From assembly GCA_977016875.1 (NCBI GenBank), contig CDRNST010000008.1, positions 3,224,001-3,288,000 on the forward strand: a DNA stretch of 64,000 nt. Reading direction: 5' to 3'. Numbering within the stretch: the first letter of the stretch is position 1; the number at the start of each line of letters is the position of its first letter. The translations under genes were made by a program, and so were the position numbers. The notes below the pieces were generated by a model, which searched no databases, had not been told where the DNA came from, and saw only the letters and a program-made list of their open reading frames with translations. The stretch comes from Pavona decussata. Lineage: Eukaryota. Below are positions 39,684 through 52,526 of the stretch, piece by piece.

Positions 39684-39752
39684 GACCCCGTCAGGAATCA
39701 AACCTGGAATCCCCAGTGACTCGTGGTGAGATGCCTTACCACTGGGCCAAAG
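39684..39752 (-). mobile_element. tRNA-derived fragment (pseudo-tRNA or SINE head)
   Basis: tggcccagtggtaaggcatc ... caggtttgattcctgacgggg has A/B-box-like motifs but degraded stems. Confidence 0.5.
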
Positions 39753-40146
39753 AGTTCAGATCAGTGTGGTCTTCCATGCAGACTGGTTAAAATCGGGGGA
39801 AAAAAAACTGAAAATCAACTTCGATCCGAATATTTTGTAGTATTTGGACTATTTATTTTGTTGTGCTTTCTGTAAAGAAGCTGTTATTGTGGTTGTCTAT
39901 CTTTCTGATGCCAACGCCATGTAGCATGCAAACGTAGGAGTTGTCAAAACTACCGAAACCTTGGAAGCCGAAAGGAAATAAGATGTAGAATAACCCTTAA
40001 GCCTATGGAGAATGTTCTGCTGTGATTGATATGCGAAACTGCCTCACGTTTCCTTTATTTTGTACTGTTGAAGTATGCGATTGTATTTGAACGCCCACTC
40101 TTTATTATAAACTGACAAGGAATAAGACAATACAGAAGTGTGTGCA

Positions 40147-42511
40147 TTATGGTATTTGCTTGTCTGAGTCTGTAAAAAGTGGGTAATAAAGAAACCATTT
40201 ATCCACATCGGGTTTTTTGTTTTCTCTGTTGAGCACTAAGAGAGGCTTTCCAGTGAGGTAAGAAACCCCGTTCTCAGTGGCTGTTGTTTTCTCTGGAATT
40301 CCATTTGCGTCAACCAATACTGGAGCTTCTGCTATGGCTACGGCCTCTGTGGCATCATCTAAACAGGGTGAAAACTAAAATAAATATACAAAATGACCAT
40401 CACTTTAGAACATACAGATTACCCGGAATTAGAGGTACACTTTAAAAGCGGCGTGCGGTGGTGTAATATTAAAGCAGTTCGCATGCTTCAAAGAGCCGCT
40501 TAGCCGTTACAAATGGAGAAATCTCAGGGCCGTGAGGGATTGAAGCAGGAAATGCTATTTTGCACAACTTAGAAAAAGTGAGTGGCAAAATACTCAATGG
40601 GCGAACATTATTTTCGATCTTTTATTATTTTCACCGATCTGAATCTCATTACATAATGAAACATAAAAAGAAATCTATAATGCCCATTCGGTTGGTAGAT
40701 GCACGACACTTTCGTAGCAATGCTATCACGAAATTTATCATCAATAAGAGGAAAGTTAAAAAAAAAATACTTCGATTTGTTAAATTTTGGTGGGTGAGTC
40801 ACTAAAGACACATTGGTAAAGGGGAAACGATAAATGGGTTCGATTCCTATCCTGGACTCAGATCTTTATTTGCAACCCCGTGTGTATGCTCCGCGGGCAA
40901 ACGCAAAGTGAACCTGAGTGTCAGTCAATTTCATCACCGTAAGCCAAAAGCGGAAATAGAGGCTCGGGATACCTGTTACTTCTTGGTCATTGCCCATGCT
41001 GCTCTCTTCCTGTGAATATCCTAGCAATGATATGTCATTAGTTCTATTTATTTGCCTTTTTGCCCAAGTACCAAATTGGTATTTCCTTTTAAATTAGGCA
41101 ATGTTTTCATGCAGCACAATTTTCCTAGGGTCATTCTCAGAGTATGTAAAAGGGTAGTTTTTCTGCACCACTATCTTCGCTCTAAAGCATTTTCCGACTA
41201 GCGCTGTCATGGATTACTTGGCCGAAGACCGATAAACGAGCCATTTTGTCCACAAAACACCCACAATCCTATACACACACATGTGCGTATGTACGAACCC
41301 ACCTAGATGGACATTCACAATCGAGATTGTTGCCCGTCGTGCATTTTTCAGGACAATTGGTGACATATCACACAGGCGCTCTTTAATATAGACGCAATTA
41401 CTGAATTACGTTTTCATACGGCGTTTTTCGGAGAGGACTTTACTGTTGTTTTTAAACACAGCACCATGATTTGGAAAGTCTTCACTGAAGTATTCAACAA
41501 AGGAACGCATAGACTCCAATTGTTACGGATGAAGGAACAAATTTGCATTTGAGAAAGACGAGGCTCGCCTTTGCCTATCGTGGCCTTTGTATGGGTGAAA
41601 ATGTTGTTTACGGATGTTTTTCTCAGAAATATCCCTTATTAGCGCCTTAGTGGGCAAAACTATTGATACACCTCTGAAGAAAAAGTAGAATCAAGCCCGA
41701 CAAATCTATATTTATGTGAATCCAGTTCTCCAAAGTCTATTTGTATTTGCAATGAAAGGTTATTTCTTGCCCGACATGTATCCCGAACGGGCGTTTGTAC
41801 CCAGTCCTCAGAACGATACGTTGCGACTAGCAAATCATCGTTAATACAATACTTGACCCAAAATCAGAAGGAAGGTGCTTGATGACAGCTAAAATATAGC
41901 ATACCTGTTGAGTTGTTTTCTCTCCAGTCCATTTTGTGCTCTTTAGTTGTTGTCTCGTTTGTGCCATTTAAAAGGCCATCTCCGATCTCCTGGCCGTTCT
42001 TAATGGCCTCTGTTTGGTTGTCCAAATCATCAAGGAGTTTGACTATGTCGTTATTACCTAAGTTTCTTGGAGGACGTTCCTGCTCATTACTTAAGGACTG
42101 CTCATATCCAGATTTGGAGTCACCATCGCTTAGGGGGACTGTATAATTCAAAAAATAATCAGGATCACTTAAACCGGCAGTTAATTAGGGCAGTAAGTGA
42201 CATTTTTTAATGGTTAATAACTATTTATAGGACTTGTCGTTTGTTTCAATTTGTACATAACACAATCAACAGTGATCATTTTACACAATCACATTCACAT
42301 ATAACAACCGAGCTCAATAATTTATATATCTGAAAAATGAAATGGCGAGAGTCGTTTCCATAATTTAACTACTGAGACCCATTCCTGTCATTCCTTGTAA
42401 CTTAAATTTGAAACGTTTTAGCTTGTACTTACCAAGATCTACAGCAGCCGTTGACACAATTACAATAAATGCTAAGAAAACCAACACTTTTTGAGTTTCA
42501 GCTGCACTCAT
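40147..42511 (-). CDS. G6: secreted acidic protein with a novel C-terminal SYLTG domain, ~174-190 aa; exons 42511-42433 (signal), 42138-41905, probable 41020-40973, 40358-40147
   Basis: MSAAETQKVLVFLAFIVIVSTAAVDL then GTAAGT. All introns are GT-AG and phase 1, and the frame stays open to TAA at 40147. The last exon DDATEAVAIAEAPVLVDANGIPEKTTATENGVSYLTGKPLLVLNRENKKPDVDKWFLYYPLFTDSDKQIP is homologous to G8 exon 2. The optional 48-nt exon encodes GYSQEESSMGNDQEVT. Confidence 0.82.
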
Positions 42512-44239
42512 GAAAGGTTCTATGTTTGCTTTACTTAGAAGCACGACTTGTTCATTCCTGTAACATGAAACACAAGCTTAGTTTATACATACCTACCTAA
42601 ACCTCATCCAAACTACTGCAAATTAAGGGACAATTTTACCACCTAACTTAATTTCTAAAAACACAGGCTGTTCTCTATTCTATAAATGGAAAACCCCATA
42701 ATCCCGACTTATGCACTTTTCCCTAATCAGTAAGTAAACATCCTTTGTAGCTGTCGATAAGGTATTTCACAGACTGAATGCCTGGAGTAATTTTCATAAT
42801 TGTGGTATTGTTTAAATAACAAATAATTTAGTTTTGTTTATAGTTACTTAATTTGTATTCCTTGTTTGTAGATCAGTACAAAAAGGAATATGAATATAAT
42901 ATAATAAAAATGCGTGGAGACGACATTAGCTATTAAGTCACACTTGTTTGCACCGACAAGACATTCCCATTCAAGCTTGGGTTTGGTTGAGAAGGTGGCA
43001 AAAAGACGAAAGCACATTTAAACTCGTGGAAATGACACCAAAATCATGACCTTTTTTTACAGCTTTTAGGAACTTGTTCTTGAGTGTTTTTGAAGCATTT
43101 GAGTTTTATATAAACACCATAGTCACCATGAGCATCAAACAAACCAAAAAAGCCAGGTCTCTTCACCACCGCTTTAAAGAGGACATTTGTAAGTAATAAA
43201 TTGGTAATAAACGCTGCGACAGGTAGAAACATGTCGTCAGTTGCTGATCAACCCCGACGCTGTGCTTCGAATCTGACTGTACCAAATTCTTATTTTAGTC
43301 CCAAAAAATAGCATTTCATATCGCCTGCTAAAGTTAAGCAATAAGCGATGAACAAAATTTGATAGAAATCTTATGGAAAATTGGAAGAAAATTTTGAACT
43401 GTTCATCAATTACCAATTGAAAAGAACGAAGCATGGGGAGTTGTTTTTAAACACGCTTTTCCTAAGAGGCCAGGCTACGTACAAATTCATTTTAAAGTTC
43501 GTACATTATAGAATGGGACTGACCTATATATTTAGATCAAACAAGTCCTCAAAGGAGAAACGCAACCGATAAAATGCACTCCAAATCACTTTCAAACATT
43601 ATTTGTAAGCCCTTCACTAATGAAAGTCTAAAATCTTAAATTCAGCTCTCGCAAATGCTATCTTGATCCGAGATCTATCGCAGCCTTAACCTAAAAACAA
43701 CAACAGGAAATAATTTGTCTTACTTGTACTTCCGGTGCCTCCCCAAAGTTGCTGGTGTTATGGTTTTAACAATTCTCTATATCGGCAGGTGACAAGCACC
43801 ACAGATGATACGGGTGAGAAGATCTCTATTAGTACCGTGTTTATGGCGGGAAAATGGACGGGTTAGTTTACAAACACAGGAAAACATCGACAGTCTTTAG
43901 ATCACAGTTTTATGATGGGATAATAAAAACAGAACGAAAGAAAAGCCTGGTTGAAAACATTATGGAGAGGTCAAGTATTCCCGAGAATGCCATCCATCAT
44001 GCATGTCCACACTCTGTTGCTCCGATAAGATACAGCACGACAGAATGTTTGTTTATATAGTGTGCAGGATAGAGTTCAGAACTCGCGCTGCCTGTGTCTA
44101 TTGAAATTCAAGGTGTTCGCTCAAAATATGAGAGAAAATAGAATCAAAACCGCATTCTATGGAATTACTGAATTTTAGCACACACAAATAGAAGAGGCAA
44201 GAAATCCTGCCAACTCTCTGGATGTAAAAAATAGTTAAG

Positions 44240-45005
44240 GTGGCTGACGCCGGTACAGTAAAAATCCTTGAGTAAGAACCTGAATTTTAAGAACCTGTTA
44301 GGCTAAAATTTCTAATTTAGACATCCTTTAAATGAGAACCTGTTAAGCCTTAAATCTAAATCAGGTTCTTTTTCGATAAAATTGATTTTTAAGACTTAGA
44401 ATTTATAAGTAAAATTAAATAAGCTCTCAGGCATAGGAAAAGGCCAACATTTCACAAAACATCTCTTTGTTTTGACGGTAATAAAGAAGACGATTTACAG
44501 TGCACACATTATGGCACTACTATAAACAGAAGACAGTACCACTAGATTCTTCCAGCCACTATCCTATTTTGTTATCAAGAAAATAAGAACCTGTGTAAAA
44601 AGCTATATAGTCTACATTTGTGTTAAGCACCACTTATATAAGAACCTAATGAGGCTAACTTGGAAAAATACAGGTTCTTACTCGCGGGTTTTTACTTTAC
44701 CTATTACTTTCTAACAGTTACACGTTGACGGATCGATGCTATTCTTGATCAGTTGATACAACAATAATGACACCAAAACAATGTATTACTATTGGTGAAC
44801 AACTTATGGTCATATTCTTCACATTATGGGTTACCATAACAACAGTATGACCCGTAAAAAACGCCCCTAATTTTACATTTAAGTGGTTATAACCTAAAAT
44901 CGAGCCCGGTGACTCCCATTCCTTATTATGGGTCTGTAATCAAATCTTTAAATGCAGTGTTTTTGCCAAGTTTAAAAAATTCTATCAGAAGGGTTCAGAA
45001 CCACC
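44240..45005. mobile_element. Kolobok-like non-autonomous element (TTAA TSD) with a nested mariner-type MITE
   Basis: ttaa|ggtggc ... accacc|ttaa. The internal sequence 44700-44890 matches, inverted, the copy at 48540-49272. Confidence 0.7.
44256..44697. mobile_element. Tc1/mariner(pogo)-type MITE, same family as 59933-60347
   Basis: ta|cagtaaaaatcc..gagtaagaacct / aggttcttactcgcgggtttttact. Internal taagaacctgtt repeats. Confidence 0.8.
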
Positions 45006-45261
45006 TTAAATTTACATGGCTCTGAATTCCCCTGGTAGAATTATTTTAAACTTTGCAAAAATTGTTCCTTACAGTATGAGGTTCCTTAAAAGAAACTCAA
45101 ATTGCTCAGGCGGGTAGCCTGATGGTATATAACCTTCTGTTGGCTTTACTGAGTAGAGCCTGGACTAAAGGTCCCATCTGGCACGCCTTATTTAGTACCG
45201 TAGACTGCTGGTTAACGTTATAGGGAAGAAAGAAGAGAAGAGAACAGATCATGGGGAATAT

Positions 45262-46230
45262 TTGGGAACAGTGGACATTTTTCACGCAGCAAAAGAAAGA
45301 AAATGTGCTAAGTGCTCCAGATACGGCCATTTTGCTGCTTTTTGCAGAGGCAACCCTCGACCTTCACCTGTAAGACAACCAGCGACAATAGTAGAGGGTC
45401 TGTTGGAGGCTGTTCTGAGGAAGAGATTCAAGTGGACGACAGCCCTATGGTGTGGAGGAAATGGAAGAAGTTTGTATGGTGTCAGATATAAGTGACTGAG
45501 CCTACGATGGACGTGAGTATCAGTGGAATTGTGATGGATGTGTTGATTGATTCAGCGTCAGTGAGCAACTTAATGGGGATTGAATATTTTCAAAAGTTGA
45601 GGGGTTTAGGTTTTAATGGGGACATTGAACATTTCTCAAAGAAACGTTTGCTTATGGGGGAAAGAAAGGTGATGTTATCGGCCAATTTGGGGTTGAAATT
45701 TCTACTGGAAATGTAAAAGTAGCCACCAAATTTATCCTAGTCAGGTATGGGCGGTGCACTGTCTTCTCCAGACCTCCGCTGTGGTTTCCACCAAATAGAG
45801 CTGCATGAAGACTCGAGGAACACAACAACTTTCATTACACACGAGAGTTTGTTCCGGTACAGAAGGCTACGCTTCAATGTGAATGCCGCACCTGAGAAGT
45901 TCCAGGATGTCATCCGTCAGGCTATGGCAGATGTTGAAAGAGTTGCCAACATTGCTGACGATTTGATTGTCCATGGTAAGACCATCTCAGAACATGACCA
46001 GAACTTACACAAACTACTAGCTAAGCTTTAAGTGGAGAGAAGTGTACGTTCAGGATGAGTAAGGTGGTTTTCATTGAAATTATTCTTGCTCAGCCTTGCT
46101 TTGCGCCCACCAAGGAGAAAGTGCTAGCCGTTCTACCTCGCCCTCGGAGGTGAGGGGCCTTGGGGTTGGTTGGGAGAAAAGTTTGAGTGGAAGGAGGAAC
46201 AGGAGCAAGCTTTGAGTTCTAATTTGAGAA
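45262..46230 (+). mobile_element. Ty3/Gypsy LTR-retrotransposon remnant (gag zinc knuckle, protease, RT)
   Basis: CAKCSRYGHFAAFC (CCHC knuckle); VLIDSASVSNL (decayed aspartic protease); DLRCGFHQIELHEDSRNTTTFITH...YRRLRFNVNAAPEKFQ...NIADDLIVHG (RT). Frameshifted and deleted. Confidence 0.9.
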
Positions 46231-46599
46231 CGTAAGTTCATATACCAGTCATCAATTATTACATTCCATGGTATAAAGCAAAACAGGAACAAAACGAACA
46301 ATAGGGTTTTCTATATTTTAAGACACTTTTTTTTCAGGAGCGGGTTGTTGAACAGTATGTCACAAGTTAACAGAAGCCTGGCAGCAGGTGTTCTCCACGC
46401 AATAGCTTTAATGAATGGACGTTTCATTGTCGTTCGTCTGCGTTGGTAAGTGTTGATCTGTTGCTTAGTTCTCAATAATAAATGAGCTGCGATTGACTTG
46501 GATGAGAAACGAAGTCTGAAATGGCTCAATTGTAAACCTTTGGAAAGAAACAGAGTAAAATGTGAAATCAAAAAAGGAAGAAATTTATCTTAAACTAGT

Positions 46600-49500
46600 A
46601 TGAGGGCCACTGGGTTTCTTTGGTTCATGCTATGTTGTGCAGTGATACACGAATCAGGTAAGAAGTCAAGTCATGCCATGACGGCTAAGTGATTGAACCA
46701 TTCAAATTGGGTAAAATGTTTACTATTTCACTGAGTTTTTCAAACATGTAGGGAATATTTACGAGCGTTCGTCTTCAGCCGCTTTTATTTGCAAAACTGA
46801 TTTGAAATTTTGTATGCTACCAAGTAAAAATGTTTCTACTGCATGTTTCGGTTGTTTTGCTTATTCACTTCGGGGCGTGAATCATTTCCTAAATATTTCA
46901 CTTAATGTCACCAATGGGTTGTAGAAATTCAGGAACACCGGCAACATACAAGAATTCTGCAGTTGAAATGACACTTTATTGGAAATTTATTTTAATCTCT
47001 TACATCTACTTTTATTATTGTTGTCTGAAGTCGACTGCTACAAACTCATTTAACTTGAATGGTTTTTAATTTCAATTTAACGTCAACAAAAGCATGTTGC
47101 TCTAGGTAAGCGAGGTATATGTCTCTAACTGTCAAAAAAACATTTTTTAGAATGCATAGATCACCCTGGAACACAGCCTGCCAAAGGTATAATTCGAGGG
47201 CAACATTACAAATTGATTCACACAGATCACTTAAAGGAGAAGGAAAATGGAACAGAGCAATCAAATTTACTGTCTCACAGGTGAGTAAAACAGTGTTGTG
47301 CTACAATGTTACAGTTAGAAGATTTAATTTATGTCGAAACTTTCTGAGAAAAGCAATCTTTGAGTTCACACATGCAGTGAAGTAAAAGACGAGCTGAGAG
47401 GTACGCTAATATCGACTGTTCTGGTTACCAAAATTTCAATTCAATTAATCAATACTGTGAATAGTACTTGCACAAAATCCTTCTTTCTTTTTTTTAGCTT
47501 TTCGCTCTCCTGTGTGTGAAAGAGTAGACAGTGTGACAAAAATCTGTATTCTTTACTTTTTCAACACTTCTCTGCGTGTTAAAGTGACATTTGCGGTGGC
47601 TGGCAACGGTTTCTTCCACTTTCCATCTCTTGTACCTTGAAGGATCAATACTACCACTATTTATCAGTTTATGCAACAATAATAGTGATGGATAAATTTT
47701 CAGTCATTGACACAGACGTACTGGGAAAAAGAAAATCCGAGATCTGCCAACAGGAGTCGAACCTATAACCGGAAGGTCATATGTATTTTCTTTTCCTGAG
47801 TATGCCAGCCTGCGCCTGTACCACTCAACCATCATTTATTCACTAGGTTAAAAGCATAACATCTCATCTCTTTCAACACAGTGCAATGGTATGAAACAAA
47901 TGCCTATTCACTGGCGAACGTGTTATGGTCATTTTCTCGACATAATGCGTTACCATAGCAACAGTGAGGAATTTGTAATTCTTAGAGTTAATACCACAGG
48001 TTTTGGGAAACACTCAATAAGATATTTGGGACCACTACTCTGGTCCAGATTAGATGCTAAAGTGAGGGAACAGCAATCTGTATATGCCTTTAAGAAGTTG
48101 ATTAGGAAACAAAATCTAGCTGCGTTTATTTCTGCCATTATGACTGCGAAAATTGCGCACTGTGCAATTCTTAGAATTTCTTTTGTGATTGAGTAGTTAA
48201 TTAGTTGTTAGTTTTTTTATGATATAGGTTTTATGCATGTATTTATTTTTATATTTTTAGATAGGTGTCCTTAATTAGTGNNNNNNNNNNNNNNNNNNNN
48301 NNNNNNNNNNNNNNNNNNNNNNNNNNNNNNNNNNNNNNNNNNNNNNNNNNNNNNNNNNNNNNNNNNNNNNNNNNNNNNNNNNNNNNNNNNNNNNNNNNNN
48401 NNNNNNNNNNNNNNNNNNNNNNNNNNNNNNNNNNNNNNNNNNNNNNNNNNNNNNNNNNNNNNNNNNNNNNNNNNNNNNNNNNNNNNNNNNNNAATGAACA
48501 TGCTGGTCACAGTTCACCATAAAAATAGGGAAGACCAACTTACAACCACTAAAAGCTAAAATTGGGGCTGTTTTAACAGGTTATGGCGTTACTATGGTAA
48601 CCTATTATGACAAGGAAACATACACATACATACATACATACATACATACATACATACATACATACATACATACATACATAATCTTTTTTTAAACACGATG
48701 GCTTTCAAAGCTGTAAGCTTGTGGGGTCGTGTGTTTACGCCCAAACTAACCTAATCTACGTTACTTTAGAATATTTCAGGTATAATAATAGTTAATAGTA
48801 GGTTAACAGTAGACAAAATTCCGTTGTCTGTAACGTGTGGTTGATGCAGACGTACAGTCAAACTAGTACTTAAAAAACTTTAAAATAGTTCTCATCGCTA
48901 ACCCACGGCCTCCTGAGATCGTTAAAGTTCGGGGACGCAGCTGCCTCCTTGTCGTTGTAATTAACAAAATTCCATAAAGATGAGCCTCTATATGAGAGAG
49001 AATCTTTCATATATCTTGACTCGCACCTTGGTACGAGGAGACAGTTCTACTCTCGAGTAAAATACATACATATACAGCGTATCAGGTAAAGACTCGCTAT
49101 GAGCCTTATAAAAAAAAAGTCTGAGAACCTTTAACTTATAGAAAAGAAAAAAGGTACCACTATGACCTGTTCACCAATGATAAAGCATTTGTTTGATACC
49201 ACTGTTGTTGTATCAATTGATCCCTCAAAGTATTAGTGCTGGACTGCGTGCTAGAAAACATTGCCAGCCACCTTAACCAGTAGTGTGTAGTGCAGTTATG
49301 CCTGGGAGTGGGCTGAACATTACATGTTTAACTTAAATTTGCCATTTAGAGGAGTGCTAAGAAGAATTTTAAAAGCAGCGAAGCAGATGAGGTCAGGTTA
49401 GGCACACAAATTATGTTCTGAAAACTACACCCCAGCGGCACTGGACATCTTACTAACGGTGTGCGACATGAAGGGCAATTATTGTAACACGAGAGGAGTT

Positions 49501-51073
49501 TGTGTTTGTGTGGATGTGTACTCGCAGTCTTCAGTGACTTCATAGACGTAAGGCCAGAGCATTCCATTTATTTTATGAATTAAATTATCAAAATAAGTGA
49601 TGGGTTAAAGGTTTAAATTGAATCACACATGAACGTACCTCGCCATCAGTCTCCCAGTAGCCCGGTGGTTAGAGCATTAGATCGGTGTACGGACCATTCC
49701 ATCTTTCCTTTATATATGTTTTGTTTCTGTCTATTTATAGTAAAGTAAAGTGACCTTTCTCGTTCGTTTTATAATTATCCTATTTTTTTGGCAGGAAAAA
49801 CGTCCACATTGCATATTTAAAGAAGAAACGACCATTAAGTTCTTCTGTGGAATTAAACTGCTGTGGTACTGAGAAGCCCATTTCCAGGAAACGCGTTTTA
49901 GTAAGAACTCCACAGAAAATCAAATTTGGCAAGAAAACTATAGTTGGTAAGCAGTTTCGAAAACTTTTGAGGGCATTATATCGAGATCATCCAAATGCTT
50001 CACAAGCTATAAATGGAAAATTCCAGCTGTCAGAAACACAAGGAGAAAGCAAGGCCGAGAAAGTCAACAATTATGATGAACAGGATAGATCGGAAGCTGG
50101 GAAAAACAAAACCATCCATGAACTTCGCAGCGCCATACTCGAACTACTGGAAAAGCTTAAGAAAAAGACTCATTCATCACGAAATACTGAGCATAAGGAT
50201 GAAAAACAGGAGGTTCTACATAAACTGGCAGTAGCAAATAATTCAATTAAAACTGCTAAGGCAAAACTTCAAGAAAATTACGCTACTCAGATTACCACAC
50301 CATCCCTTGAAGACAGTGAAATTTCCGCTAAACGTGCAAACCAGTTAGATCTGCTTAACTTTATTTCTCGTATGAAAAGTATGGAGGGCGTACACGATGC
50401 AGGTACTTTTCACCCGAATGAGATTAATTATTTTAATGGAATGGGCATGAATGGGTTAAACGGAGTCACAAACGCACGTGATATGCCGTCACCAACTTTC
50501 TCAAGTCCAGTGAACCAGATGTATGGCCAAGGGCAAAATGACTTTTTATCAGGTAATGATGTGCAAATGCAAGAAACGAACATAGCAGAGCAAAGAAAAT
50601 TTATCGAGGACCAAATGCAGAACCACCTCGCTCAACTCCAAAGGAACTTTAAACTTTTTCAACAACAGCAACCAAATTTTCCAAACCTTCAAAACGATCA
50701 AACTTTGAATACCGCTGGAGAATTGCAATATCCTATCCCTGCACCTTCGAAAGGCATGATTCCATTTAGCTTTGCAGGAGCACCTTTGCCTAACCAAGCA
50801 CAGCTCTTTTATCGGGAAACTCCACATCTACGAATTAGAAGGCCTCTCCGGAAAAGACTCAACCTACCACTGTTTCCGCCGATGAATCCAGCATTTACAC
50901 ATCCATTGAACAACGAGGACGCCGGTAACGATATTGATGATGACGATGATGATGTTGATAATGACGATTATGACCATTATCGTGATGAGCCTCCAAGGCA
51001 TTACCCGGCGCCTGAATACGACGATGACGAAGATGACGAAGAGGGGCGTTACGGCCCTAACGATGAAAGATAG
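46600..51073 (+). CDS. G7: secreted protein with basic N-half, Q/N-rich middle and Asp-rich C-terminus, ~488 aa; exons 46600-46657 (signal), 47151-47280, 49795-51073
   Basis: MRATGFLWFMLCCAVIHES then GTAAGA (phase 1). Exon 47151-47280 is open (ECIDHPGTQPAKG...LLSH) and ends in phase 2 at GTGAGT, matching the phase-2 acceptor tttttttggcAG before 49795 and the 408-aa ORF; total 1467 nt. The second intron spans the N gap, so an extra exon cannot be excluded. Confidence 0.82.
47900..48280 (+). mobile_element. 3' end of a CR1/L2-type LINE
   Basis: FVILRVNTTGFGKHSIRYLGPLLWSRLDAKVR...FKKLIRK is the typical ORF2 C-terminus, followed by a T-rich 3'UTR running into the gap. Confidence 0.75.
48281..48492. 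other. Assembly gap (N run)
   Basis: 212 consecutive n. Confidence 1.
48493..49272. mobile_element. Second, inverted copy of the Kolobok-like family, interrupted by a minus-strand LINE 3' end with (TACA)n tail (~48620-49090)
   Basis: Ends gccagccacc|ttaa. The insert reads LLVPRCESRYMKDSLSYRGSSLWNF on the minus strand; (taca)n at 48625-48680. Confidence 0.7.
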
Positions 51074-52526
51074 TATTTCATTGACATCAAGTAGAGTGAT
51101 TTAAAACGATGCACAGGCAAGACCGCCGGTTCAAATCCTGGCGGGTTCGAATTCTTTTCTAAACGGCTAAAAGTGAAAGCTATAGAAGATAGTTTAATTG
51201 CGCCCGAAAAAATTCTGGACGTATTGCAGCAGTCAAGTCATCACTTGACTTTGCACCTCAGTTTAGCTGCAAGTTAAATGTGGAAATAAACAGTTTGACT
51301 TTAATTTCAACAAATCCATTGTTTCAAGGGTCACAGCCCTACTATCCCCAGTCTCCCGGTCTTGCGCAGCATTGTACCCAACCGGAAGTGAACCCCGGAA
51401 GTGAAATTTGACGCTTTATACGCCTCAAACGCGAGGAAAAAATCGATAATAACTTTCTCTTCAATTTCCATACGAGAACAATATGAACCTTTGATCAAAC
51501 AGACAAAAACTTCTGTCATATAAACTTTAACCAGGAGCCCATGACCAGCTGCGTCCATTCTTTCTAATTTTGTCGTGAATTGTCTGTAAGTATGTCAGGT
51601 TTTCTTTTTGTCTAATTTTCAACGAAGTGCTTGAATTTCGTGAAGGTAAGAGATATGTCCAGAAATGCACGCTAATGATATGCATTATCTGTATGATAGA
51701 CATCGCAAGGTGTCCCCTAACCTTAATTCTTACTAAAAGACAAATAATTCTGCCCTGCCATTGGCAATGACAAAAAGGTCTGTCTTACATGAAGTACCCA
51801 AATTCAGGGTTCGGTGCATTCCTGTGAATGTGGAAACTGTGATTTCACTCGTGGGTATTCTAAATGAAGCTGAAATTTGGCAATTCAGAAATTTATCACC
51901 CAGTAGAATAAGTGTCAAAGATAAATGTATAGTTTTCAGGCACTCCCTCTGGCGATCAATCCCGCAAACCTTAATGTGTACGAATAGAGAGGTTTTTATT
52001 GTATCAACAAGTGCGTTTTACTTCGGATTTTTTTTTTCGCAACGTTTTAAGATTACAGTATTAAGAAAATACTTGCTCCATTTTCCGAACAAAAAAAGTA
52101 AAACTACAACCAGCTGTGTTTTTGTCGCACGCGTTTTTCCGCGTTCCTTTCTCGTGGTTCGATGTGTCATTTGCGTTCAGTGGGATTGTTCGGAGTGATT
52201 GCTTAGGTTTCAACACTCATTGGAAAATAATGTTAAAGCACAGAATCGCGGCTGCAAAGTTAGTTTTTAAGCTGACTTTGCAGTGACATTTAGAGCTCAG
52301 TAATTTGAGCCCGCAAACCATGACCGTTTTTACAGCGGTTAGGGATAAAAATATCGATCTGAATAAGTGAATAAAAATGATCTGCCTCGTTTTGATGATT
52401 TTGCGTGTGAAAGCTGAAGTGTATTCTCCCAACAAGGCTCCCCTTTAACGTAACGACTCCTTCGATTTCCTCTTAAAATTTTAAGTAACACAATTAAGGT
52501 GCTCTAGTAATTTGCTTTGAAATGTT

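Noticed and set aside
39560-39752. Functional tRNA genes (also 1430-1823, 32040-32100, 49650-49692)
   Set aside because: A/B boxes are present, but acceptor and anticodon stems are broken and the sequences continue into SINE bodies.
48265-48559. X-filled ORFs
   Set aside because: Artefacts of the N gap.
44240-49272. One giant TIR element carrying G7 exons 1-2
   Set aside because: The left copy has its own two TTAA-bounded ends (44240-45005), so two independent insertions of one family is the simpler reading.
49350-49396. Possible extra phase 2-2 exon in G7 intron 2
   Set aside because: Frame-compatible, but the splice signals are weak and the model is complete without it.
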